Source: Mobula hypostoma
Taxonomy: Eukaryota
DNA: 64,000 nucleotides
Direction of reading: 5' to 3'
Assembly: GCF_963921235.1 (NCBI RefSeq)
Contig: NC_086097.1
Span: forward strand, 16,616,001 to 16,680,000
Made by a program: the position numbers and the translations under genes. Each line of letters opens with the position of its first letter. Position 1 is the first letter of the stretch. This document shows positions 29,005 to 39,638 of this stretch, one piece after another. Below the pieces are notes generated by a model. That model saw only the letters and a program-made list of their open reading frames with translations, did not search any database and was not told the origin of the DNA.

Positions 29005-29575
29005 AACACACAAATTGCTCAAGGAACTCAGGAGGCCAGGCAGCATCTATGGAAAAGTGTAAACAGTCGATGTTTCAGGCCAAGACCCTTCCTCCAGACT
29101 GGAAACAGATGAGAAGTCAGGGTAAGAAGGTGGGGACAGAGGGGAGCAAGAAGTACAGGGGAATAGGAAGTACAAGGTAGTAGCTGATAGGTGAAACCAG
29201 GAAAGGGGAGAGTAGTAAAGAACTGGGAAGTCGATTGGTGAAAGAGATAATGAGCTGGAGAGGACAGAAGGCCATGGAAGAAAAGGGAGGGGGAGGAGCA
29301 CCAGTGAGAGGTGATGGGCAGGTAAGGTGATAAGATGAGAGTGTGAACTTCCCAGCTCTTTACTTCAGCCCTCCCCCTCTCCTAGTTTCACCTATCATCT
29401 ACCACCTTGTACTACTTGCTCCACTCCCCCACCTTCTTACTCTGATTTCTCATTTCTTTTTCCAATCCTGAAGAAAGGTCTCAGCTCGAAATGTCGATGC
29501 TGCCTGGCCTGCTGAGTTCCTCCAACATTTTGTGTGTATTATTTTGATTTCCAGCATCTGCAGATTTGCTCTTGC
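29005..29575. mobile_element. Inverted pair of Penelope (Neptune-type) pLTR segments
   Basis: 29005-29345 minus and 29346-29575 plus; hammerhead-like motifs at ~29064-29102 (minus) and ~29463-29497 (plus: CTGAAGA...CGAAATGTC). Confidence 0.75.
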
Positions 29576-30099
29576 TGAATGTGCTATTTTATCATGTATT
29601 TCCAATTACTCAGAAATTGTTTCTTTAATAATGGACTCTAAAATCTTATCAGCCAGCCTATAGCTTCCTGTCTTTTGCCTCCCTCCCTTCTTGCAATTTT
29701 CCAGTCCTCTGGGGCCCACCCTAACCCGAATTCCTGAAAGATCACCATTAATGCTTCTCAAATCTATTCGCTACCTCCTTCAAAAACTCTGGGATGTGGT
29801 CTACCTGGTCTAGATGATTTATCCATCTTTAGGCCATTCAGTTTCCCCAGCACCTTCTCCAGTAGTAATGCCAAATGAAAGCCACAAACTAATCAGTCAT
29901 GATCTTATTAAATGGCAAAGCAAATTGGAGGGACCAAGTAACTTACTCTTAAAGTGTACCCTTCTGCCTTTGTGTACAGCTATAGCAAAAAAATCCAGTG
30001 TTTCTTTGGGAAAAACAATATAAAAATAATGACTGGTTGTTCTATCTGATACAGTTAGATTTGTGCAGTTCTGTTGTGTAGTTGGCTGCTGAGTCCAAA

Positions 30100-30380
30100 T
30101 TGTGAGCATCAGACGTCCACAAGGACATGCAAAACTGGCTGATCTGGAAGTGGAACTACTGCTATTGCTTTCCTTCTTTGTCGGGTAGTGATTAGTACTG
30201 CTTAGTATCTCTCCTCCAGGATGTTGTGAGCAGTTCTAACCTCAGCTCATTGGCCACTCTGTTCTTGCCATTCTGGTACAAACCCAGCATGCGTAATGTT
30301 AGCTTTCATGCAATCTTTGAACCACTTAAAGGGCCTATCTCAATTTTTCTTGCCCAGCAAAAGCTCACCATATAGTAGAT
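30100..30380 (-). mobile_element. Old RTE/BovB-like LINE fragment
   Basis: Minus translation gives 'LYGELLLG...RPFKWFKDCMK', resembling the RTE C-terminal motif. Confidence 0.5.
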
Positions 30381-30457
30381 ATAATATAATACTGCCAAGA
30401 TATAATATAACTCTACCCAATTTCTTAATTTTGTTGGAATAGTACTTACTTAAAATG

Positions 30458-30872
30458 CAACACTGTGCAGAAGTCTTAAGCACAAGTTTAAAAAAATCTG
30501 TAAAGGGAAGATGCTTTCAAAAATAAAGAAATGAAACATTTCTAAATATCAAAAGAATTACTATAAGGAGCAGTAAACAGTAAAAAAAACTAATTCAAAT
30601 CAATATTTCGAGTGACCACCCTTTGCCTTTAAAACTGCATCAATTTTCTTAGGCACACTGTTGAGCAGTTTTAAGAAACTTAGCTGGTAGGTTATCCAAG
30701 CTTCTTGGAGAACTTGTCACAGTTCTTCTGCAACCTTAGGCAGTCCCGCTTGCTTTTGTCTCCCCTGGTAATCACAGGGTCTCAATTATGTTTAGATCAG
30801 GACTCTGTGGAGAATACACCATCTGAAACCATATGAAGAATCTTGGGTGGTTAAGACTTTTGCACAGTACTG
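30458..30872 (-). mobile_element. Internally deleted Tc1-family element (second family)
   Basis: TIRs CAACACTGTGCAGAAGTCTTAA / TTAAGACTTTTGCACAGTACTG|TA; minus remnant 'SPQSPDLNIIE'. Confidence 0.75.
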
Positions 30873-31214
30873 TAAATGGTATCTGGCATGCAGGAAAAAA
30901 ATCCTGTATTATCATTTTTTCTTTGAAGTAGTGTAACATTTCACTTCTTCCCAAATCAAAGCCTGCTGGCTAAAGAAAAGCTTAATGTATCTGTATTAAT
31001 CAAATGAAAAGTAACCTAGATACAGTTTGCAGAGGAGTTTCCAATCTCAACATACCACTGTGCAGTAACAAAACTGATCTGCTACGAAATGATCACATTA
31101 CTCCTATACCCTTCAAATAAAAGGGCTTAATAAATAAAACTGCAACATATCACCATCAGGAAATTCACTGGAACTGAAACACTAGTAAGTATAATTTGTA
31201 CACTAGTTTAACTT

Positions 31215-31660
31215 TAAACACAAGAGATTCTGTAGATGCTGGAAATCCAAAGCAACACACACAAAATGTTGGAGGAACTCAGCAGGTCAGACAGCATCTA
31301 TGGAAATAAATGAACAATTGACATTTCGGGCTGAGACCCTTCAGCAGGACTGGAAAGGTAAAGGGAAGATGCCAGAATAAAAAAAAATGAGGGGAGGAGA
31401 AGGTGTAACAAGGTAGAAGGTGATAGGTGAAGCCAGATGGTTTTCTCTGGGTCCTCTGTTTCCTCCCATAGTCCAAAGAGATACTGGGTAGGTTAAATGG
31501 TCACTGTAAATTATCCTGTGAATAGGTTAGGGTTAAATCAGGGTTGTGGGGTGGTGCGGCTTGAAGGATGGGCCTATCCAGCGCTGTTTCTCTAATTAAA
31601 TAAGTAGGAGTGGAGCACCAGGGGAGGTGACAGGCAGATGGGGAGAAAAGGTAAGAGGCC
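31215..31660 (-). mobile_element. Penelope pLTR with an inserted V-SINE fragment (~31435-31605)
   Basis: Reverse complement CCAGTCCTGCTGAAGGGTCTCAGCCCGAAATGTC plus the conserved pLTR tail. Confidence 0.7.
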
Positions 31661-32004
31661 TGAGGGAAGGCATTCCAATCTCATCAGTAGGTAGCCATGA
31701 TCTAATGCAAAACTTGCAAACTGGCTGACTAGAAAGAAATTGGCAACATACAATCCCCTTCACTGACTGACCACTGTTTAGTGCTACTATATAGTGACAT
31801 TTTTAATGGTTCAAACGGGAAAACGTGGTTCTGTTCATGCAATCCCGAACAAAATTTAAGATCAGAGCATTTATTATGTGACTTTTCATAAATGTTCTTA
31901 CATTATTTTAGCATCAGGATGACCTGTTTTTGTTTTGACATTCAACGTACATCTTTTTAAAAAATAGATGTAAGAGTTGTGTTTATTCTTTCTTTTTATC
32001 TCAC

Positions 32005-32427
32005 CTGTAAAGCCACGGCGGAGTAATCTGGATGTTGTTGAGTGGATTGGCTACTCTGGGTGAGTTGGCTCGGGGCATTGCTGGTGTCCCAAATGTTCGG
32101 TGGAGGTTGTTGCAGATGAGGTGGTAAAGGTGGCGGTGGTATTGACGGTGGTGGTTGGTGCTGATGGGCAGGATACTGCAAGACTGACTGCAACTGCTGC
32201 TGGTGCATTTGCTGCAACTGCTGCATCTGCTGGAGATGCTGCTCCCTTAGTGTCTGGAAGTTAGACGTTAAACCGGTACTAGGGACCGGCGGGGGTACGG
32301 TGGTGGGACCAACAACGAGCCCCGGGGCCGGCACACGCGGCGCAGGAAGGAGCGGCGGCTGAGCAGCTCCGCCATAGTATGGAAGGTGCGCCCCTCCCCC
32401 ACCATACCGACCCCATGACGGATACAT
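32005..32427 (-). CDS. YLPM1: YLP motif-containing protein 1, first coding exon (141 codons, phase-0 donor)
   Basis: Translation MYPSWGRYGG...FQTLREQHLQQMQQLQQMHQQQLQSVLQ...PPPPLPP resembles the recalled vertebrate YLPM1 N-terminus (MYPNWGRYGG...FREQHLAQLQQLQQMHQKQMQCVLQ); ends CAG|GTGAGA; lies in a CpG island. Confidence 0.9.
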
Positions 32428-32800
32428 CGAGTGTAAACCTTTAGCCAAACACGTTCAACCAACGAAAGTAACTCGATGGGTGTAAAATGTGCCGGATGTT
32501 ATCACAACTCTGACAGATTGCGCTGTCGAACTGAAGTCGAAATATCCGACGACAGGCAGTCAATATTTCAGACTCTCCTTCATTCTCCCCTGACGAGCGC
32601 CATCACAAACAAAATGAAAAAAGCAGACGGTCGGGCGTCATCGCGTCACGTACTGTACGCGCATTCGTAACACGCTCGTCGTCGAGCGTCCAACGTCGGA
32701 CCTGACGTCGCCAAAGCGCCTTGTGATCCCGCATGGCGCAGGTTTAGTTGACACTGAAGTTGGTGCTGTTGGCAGAGCCAAACTGAGAAGTAGCACATGG
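32250..32800. promoter_or_regulatory. CpG island / YLPM1 promoter and 5' UTR
   Basis: Strongly CpG-dense non-TE segment; CRE/ATF-like TGACGTCG (~32703) and CGTCACGT (~32644); ATGGCG (YY1-like) motifs on both strands. Confidence 0.75.
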
Positions 32801-34166
32801 CGTTCAATGCGGAAAAATGTGAAGTGACTTACTCTGGAAGGTCGAATTTGATGGCAGATTACAAGGTTAAAGTCAGGACTCTTTGCAATGTGGGGGGAGG
32901 GGGAACAGAGAAATCGCGGGGTCGATGCCCATTGGTCCCTCAAAGTTGCCACTCTGGTTAGACCATACTTTGGAGTATTGAGTTCAGTTCTGGTCACATT
33001 ATAAGAAGGATATGGAAGCTTTGGAGAGGGTGCTGTCTGGAATAGAGATCTTGTCTAATGAAGATAGGACTATTGTCCTCAGTTAGGGAGGATGAGAGGA
33101 GACTTGATAGAGGTGCATAGAAGGCATAGAGTCCTAGAAAAGTACAACATAGAAGCAGGCCTTTTGGCCCATTGAAAGCATGCCAAACCTTTTAAACTGC
33201 TTACTCCCACTGACCTGCACGGGGACCATATCCCTTCATACCCCTACTACCCATGTACCTATCCAGACTTCTCTTCAATTTTGAAATTGAGCTGGGATGC
33301 ACCACTTGTGCTGGCAGCTCATTCCACCAGTCTCAAGACGCTCTGAGTGATGACGATTCCCCTCGTGTTCTTTAACCTTTCATCCTTTGCCCATGACCCC
33401 TGGTTGTCTTCCCACCCAACCTTTGGAGCCGGCTGGCATTCACCCTATCTATAGCCCCTCATAATTTTGTATACCTCTATCAAATCCCCTTAATTGTCCA
33501 TGTTCCAAGGAATAAAATCCTAATCTATGCAATTTTTCCTTATACCTCAGGTCCTCCGGACCCGGCATCATCCTCTTAAATTTTCTCTGCACTCTTTCAA
33601 CTTTATTTATACTTTTCCTGTAGGTAGATGGCCAAAACTGCTATGACATTACTCCAAATTAGGCCTCACTAATGGCTTGTACAACTTTGGCATAACATCC
33701 CATCTCCTATACTCAGTACTTTGATTTATGAAGGCCAATGTCCCAGAAGCTTTCGTTACAGCCCTATCTACCTGTGATACCTCTTTCAATTGAGTTATAG
33801 ACCTGCGTTCCCAGATCCCTTTGTTCTACTGCACTCCTTAGTACCTGACCATTCACTGTGTAAGACTTGCCTTGGTTGGTCTTAATGAAGTGTAACAGCA
33901 CACATTTGTCTGTGTTAAATTCCATCTGACCTTTTTCAGCCCATTTTTGTAGTTGGTCCAGATCCTGCTGCAAACCATGATAGCCTTCCTTGATGTCCAC
34001 TACGCCCCTAATCTTGGTGTCATCTGCAAATTTGCTGATCTGGTTAACCATATTATCATCCGGGTCATTGATATAGATGACAAACAACAACAGACCCAGC
34101 ACATTTCCCTGCAGCCCTCCACTATCTGCAGGCCTACAGTCAAAGAGGCAACCATCTACTACCAAT

Positions 34167-34563
34167 CACAAACGAGAAAATCTGCAGATGCTGGAAATCC
34201 AAGCAACACACAGAAAATGCTGGAGGAACTCAGCAGGCCAGGCAGCATCTATGGAAAAGAGTACTGAATTGAATTGATTTTATTTCTTCCATCCTTCACA
34301 TACATGAGGAGTAAAACCCTTTACGTCTCTGTCTAAATGTGCAATCATAGTAATTTATAATAAATAGAACGGTCAATGTAACATAGAATACACTTAAATC
34401 AGTGTGAGTTAATTGGTCTGATGGCCTGGTGGAAGAAGCTGTCCTGGAGCTTGTTGGTCCTGGCTTTTATGCTGTTGTACCATTTCCTGATACCGCAAGT
34501 TGTACTCTTTTCCATAGATGCTGCCTGGCCTGCTGAGTTCCTCCAGTATTGTGTGTGTGTTGT
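34167..34563. mobile_element. Palindromic Penelope pLTR-tail insertion with 13-bp flanking duplication, itself interrupted by a LINE 3' end
   Basis: ATCTACTACCAAT at 34154-34166 and 34564-34576; arms ~34205-34264 and ~34502-34562 are reverse complements; (TGAAT)n-tailed fragment at 34265-34495 in the middle. Confidence 0.75.
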
Positions 34564-36083
34564 ATCTACTACCAATGTCTAGACAAAGCCAATGTCTAAT
34601 CCAATTTACTACCTCAGCTTGAATGCTGAGCAACTGAACCTTCTTGACCAACCTCCTATGCGGGACCTTGTCAAGTCCCTTGCTGAAGTCCATGTAAGCA
34701 ACTGCCTTGCCTTCATCCATTTTCCAGGTAACTTCTTCAAAAGCCTCTATAAGATTGGTTAGACATGACCAAGTGTACACAAAGCCATGCTGATTATCCT
34801 GAATCAGTCCATGTCTATCCAAATACTTATATATCCAGTCTATAATTTCCAGGTTTATTTTTAAAGCCTTTCTTAAACTGCAGAACAACATTATCTATCC
34901 TCCAGTCCTCTGGTACCTCACCTGTCACTAAGGATGATTTAAGTATCTCTGCTAGGGCCCTTGCACCTTCTGCACTTGCCTCCTGCAGGGTCTGTGGGAA
35001 TACCTTGTCAGGCCATCGGGATTTATCCACCTTAATTTGCCTCAGCACAGCTAACACCTCCTCCTCTGAAAGCTAAAGAGGTTCCATGGAGTTGATGGTG
35101 CTTTGCTTTACTTCTATGTCCGTCTTCTGAGTAAATATGGACGAAAAAATACATTTAAGGTCTCCTCACTCTCTTTTGGCTCCACACATGGATTACCATT
35201 CTGATCTGCCAGAGGACCAATTTTGTCCTTTGCAATCCTTTTGCTCAGTATATCTGTAGAATCCCTTTGGATTTTCCTTCACCTTGTCTGCTCATGCAAC
35301 CTCATGTCTTCTTTTAATCCTCCTGATTTTTTTCTTAACCATTCTCTTGTCTCCAATAGCACCTCATTTGTCCTTACCTGCTTACAGCTGTGATGTGCCT
35401 CCTTTTTTCTCAATCAGCCCTTCAATATCTCTTGAAACCCAAGGTTCGCTACACTTGTTATATTTACCTTTTATTCTTACAGGCACATACAAGTTGTGTG
35501 CTCTCAAAATTTCACTTTTGAAGGCCTCCCACTGTTCAAGTACACTTTTGCCAGAAAGCAGCATGTCCCAATCCACACTTGCCAGATTCTTTCTGATAGC
35601 ATCAAAATTGGCCTTTCTCCAGTTTAGAATCTCAACCCACAGACCAGAGCTATCTTTTTGCATATTTACTTTGAAACTAATGGCATCATGCTCACTAGAT
35701 GCAAAGTGTTCCCCTCCACAAACTTCTGTCTCCTGCCCTGTCTGATTCCCTAATAACAGATCAAATATCACACACTCTCACCTTAGGATTTCAATGTTCT
35801 GATTATGGAAAACTTCTTGAACACATCTGACAAACTCGATCCTATTTGGTCCTTTTATAGTATGGGAGTCCCAAACAATATGTGGAAAGTTAAAATCACC
35901 AACTACAGTATAACAACCTTATGTTTCTTGCAAGTCTGTGGTCTCTCTACAAATTTGTTCCTCTAAATCCCTCGGACTCTTGGGTAGTCTGTAATATAGC
36001 CCCATTAATGTGATCACACCTCTTATATTTCCCAGTTCCACCCATAACACCTCACTATAGACAAGTCCTATAGTCTATCCTAT

Positions 36084-36311
36084 TGTGTTGGTCACGTGGC
36101 CAAGCGGTTAAGGCGTTTGTCTAGTGATCTGAGGGTCGCTAGTTCGAGCCTCAGCTGTGGCAGCGTGTTTGTGTCCTTGACCAAGGCAGTTAACCATACA
36201 TTGCTCTAGTGTCTGTCTGAGGAGTGGCACCCCACACAGACTTCCAATCTGCGCCTTGTAAGGCATAAAAATGCCCGACGCAGGCTTCTCATGGTCTGAG
36301 TCGACGTTCCC
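36084..36311 (+). mobile_element. tRNA-derived SINE with CORE-like segment
   Basis: A box TGGCCAAGCGG, B box AGTTCGAGCC, 'GTGTCCTTGACCAAGGCAGTTAACC' resembling the CORE domain; TSD TCCTAT (36078-36083 / 36312-36317). Confidence 0.8.
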
Positions 36312-37391
36312 TCCTATGGTCAATCCTGATGGAGCATCACTGTCCCTGACAAGTAATGCCACCCCTCCTTCTCCCACCCTGTCACGTCTAAAACAACAGA
36401 ACCCCAGTCCTAGCCCTTCTGTAACCAAGTCTCACAATAATGTGTACAATATCCTAATTCCATGCCTTGGGCTCATCTGCCTTTCCTACAATACTTCTTG
36501 CATTTGCGTTTTGCAATCTTGCATTGAAATATATGCAGCTCAGGACATAGTCTATCTATTAGGCATAGATAGGCAGTATGCATGTACTCCTCAAACCCCT
36601 TCCCCCACCCCCACCAGGCTGGCAACAACTAATAGGAGAGGAGATTGTTTTAAGATGATTGAGAGAAAGTATGGGTGGAATATTAGAGGGAGATTTTTTT
36701 ATAGTGAATAGTAAGTGCATGGAACATCTGACAGGATGGTAGTTGAGATAGATACATTAGGAACAAGTAGGAGACTCTCAGATAGGCATGTGGAGGAAAA
36801 AAAATGGAGGGTACGTAGGAAAGAAGGGTTAGATTGATCTTAGAGGAGGTATAAAAAGTCGGCAGTATTGTAGGTCTGTACTGACCTCCCTCCAAGGTTT
36901 TCACCCAGGGAGCCAATTAGTGGCAATGTTGCTAAGCAAACAAAGTGCTAACACTATTGATCACGTGAACCACAGTTGAAAATAAATTTATTATCAAAGT
37001 ATATATACGTTATCATATACTACCTATCCTAAGGTTCATTTTGTTCTAGGCATTCTTTAAATACAAAGAAACACAATAGTATCAATGAAAAACTGCACAC
37101 AACAAAGACAGACAAACAACCACCATGCAAAAGACAACAAATTGTGTAAATTCAAAAAAAATAAGTAAGTAAGAGATATTGAAAGCAGAGTCCTGGAAAG
37201 TGAGTCCATAGGTTGTGAAATCAGTTCAGTGTTGGAGTGAGTGGAGTTATCCACTGTGGTTCAGGAGCCTGATCATTGAAGGGCAATAACTGTTCCTGAC
37301 CTTGCTGGTGTGGGTCCTGAGGCTCCTAGTCCTTCTTCCTCATGGCAGCAATGAGGAGAGACCATAGACTCAATGGTGGAGGTCTTTGATG

Positions 37392-39638
37392 AGAGTGACA
37401 TAGTTAATTCAGAAACAAAGGTTCTGAACTTAGAGGGGTAACTTTGAAGGTATGAGACGTGAATTAGCTAAGATAGACTGGCAAATGACACTTAAAGGAT
37501 TGACGGTGGATATGCAATGGCAAGCATTTAAAGGTTGCATGGGTGAACTACAACAATTGTTCATCCCAATTTGGCAAAAGAATAAATCAAGGAAGGTAGT
37601 GCACCTGTGGCTGACAAGAGAAATTAGGGATAGTATCAATTCCAAAGAAGAAGCATACAAATTAGCCAGAGAAAGTGGCTCACCTGAGGACTGGGAGAAA
37701 TTCAGAGTTCAGCAGAGGAGGACAAAGGGCTTAATTAGGAAGGGGAAAAAAGATTATGAGAGAAAACTGGCAGGGAACATAAAAACGGACTGTAAAAGCT
37801 TTTATAGATATGTAAAAAGGAAAAGACTGGTAAAAACAAATGTAGGTCCCCTGCAGACAGAAACAGGTGAATTGATTATGGGGAGCAAGGACATGGCAGA
37901 CCAATTGAATAGTTACTTTGGTTCTGTCTTCACTAAGGAGGACATAAATAATCTTCCAGAAATAGTAAGGGACAGAGGGTCCAGTGGGATGGAGGAACTG
38001 AGCGAAATACATGTTAGTAGGGAAGTGGTGTTAGGTAAATTGAAGGGATTGAAGGCAGATAAATCCCCAGGGCCAGATGGTCTGCATCCTAGAGTGCTTA
38101 AAGAAGTAGCCCAAGAAATAGTGGATGCATTAGTGATAATTTTTCAAAACTCGTTAGATTCTGGACTAGTTCCTGAGGATTGGAGGGTGGCTAATGTAAC
38201 CCCACGTTTTAAAAAAGGAGGGAGGGAGAAACCGGGGAATTATAGACCGGTTAGCCTAATGTCGGTGGTGGGGAAACTGCTGGAGTCAGTTATCAAGGAT
38301 GTGATAACAGCACATTTGGAAAGCGGTGAAATGATCGGACCAAGTCAGCATGGATTTGTGAAAGGAAAATCATGTCTGACGAATCTCATAGAATTTTTTG
38401 AGGATGTAACTAGTAGAGCGGATAGGGGAGAACCAGTGGATGTGGTATATTTGGATTTTCAAAAGGCTTTTGACAAGGTCCCACACAGGAGATTAGTGTG
38501 CAAACTTAAAGCACACGGTATTGGGGGTAAGGTATTGGTGTGGGTGGAGAATTGGTTAGCAGACAGGAAGCAAAGAGTGGGAATAAACGGGACCTTTTCA
38601 GAATGGCAGGCGGTGACTAGTGGGGTACCGCAAGGCTCAGTGCTGGGACCCCAGTTGTTTACAATATATATTAATGACTTGGATGAGGGAATTAAATGCA
38701 GCATCTCCAAGTTTGCGGATGACACGAAGCTGGGTGACAGTGTTAGCAGTGAGGAGGATGCTAAGAGGATGCAGGGTGACTTGGATAGGTTGGGTGAGTG
38801 GGCAAATTCATGGCAGATGCAATTTAATGTGGATAAATGTGAAGTTATCCACTTTGGTGGCAAAAATAGGAAAACAGATTATTATCTGAATGGTGGCCGA
38901 TTAGGAAAAGGGGAGGGGCAATGAGACCTGGGTGTCATTATACACCAGTCATTGAAAGTGGGCATGCAGGTACAGCAGGCGGTGAAAAAGGCGAATGGTA
39001 TGCTGGCATTTATAGCGAGAGGATTCGAGTACAGGAGCAGGGAGGTACTACTGCAGTTGTACAAGGCCTTGGTGAGACCACACCTGGAGTATTGTGTGCA
39101 GTTTTGGTCCCCTAATCTGAGGAAAGACATCTTTGCCATAGAGGGAGTACAAAGAAGGTTCACCAGATTGATTCCTGGGATGGCGGGACTTTCATATGAA
39201 GAAAGACTGGATGAATTGGGCTTGTACTCGTTGGAATTTAGAAGATTGAGGGGGGATCTGATTGAAACGTATAAGATCCTAAAGGGATTGGACAGGCTAC
39301 ATGCAGGAAGATTGTTCCCGATGTTGGGGAAGTCCAGAACGAGGGGTCACAGTTTGAGGATAGAGGGGAAGCCTTTTAGGACCGAGATGAGGAAAAACTT
39401 CTTCACACAGAGAGTGGTGAATCTGTGGAATTCTCTGCCACAGGAAACAGTTGAGGCCAGTTCATTGGCTATATTTAAGAGGGAGTTAGATATGGCCCTT
39501 GTGGCTACGGGGGTCAGGGGGTATGGAGGGAAGGCTGGGGCAGGGTTCTGAGTTGGATGATCAGCCATGATCATAATAAATGGCGGTGCAGGCTCGGGGC
39601 CGAATGGCCTGCTCCTGCACCTATTTTCTATGTTTCTA
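37392..39638 (+). mobile_element. Young 5'-truncated CR1 (HER1-like); ORF2 intact except for one TGA at 38922-38924
   Basis: 490-aa and 199-aa in-frame ORFs with 'KSPGPDG', 'NYRPVSL', 'GVPQGS', 'KFADD'; TGATG duplication at both flanks; splits a Rex1-like 3' fragment. Confidence 0.95.

Larger units (their letters stand above)
33125..36545 (-). mobile_element. Long degenerate CR1 ORF2 (endonuclease + RT) with internal insertions
   Basis: Minus ORFs 'CFRRDR..GGVALLVR', 'EHFASSEHDAISF', 'KPGNYR', 'YMDFSK', 'KFADDTKI'. Confidence 0.85.

Noticed and set aside
32428..32448. ORF-track N-terminal extension 'MAKGLHS' of YLPM1
   Set aside because: It starts at a non-ATG codon; homology begins at the ATG at 32427.
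36088..36160. tRNA gene
   Set aside because: The tRNA-like head runs into a CORE-like body and is bounded by a TSD, so it is a SINE; no proper acceptor stem.
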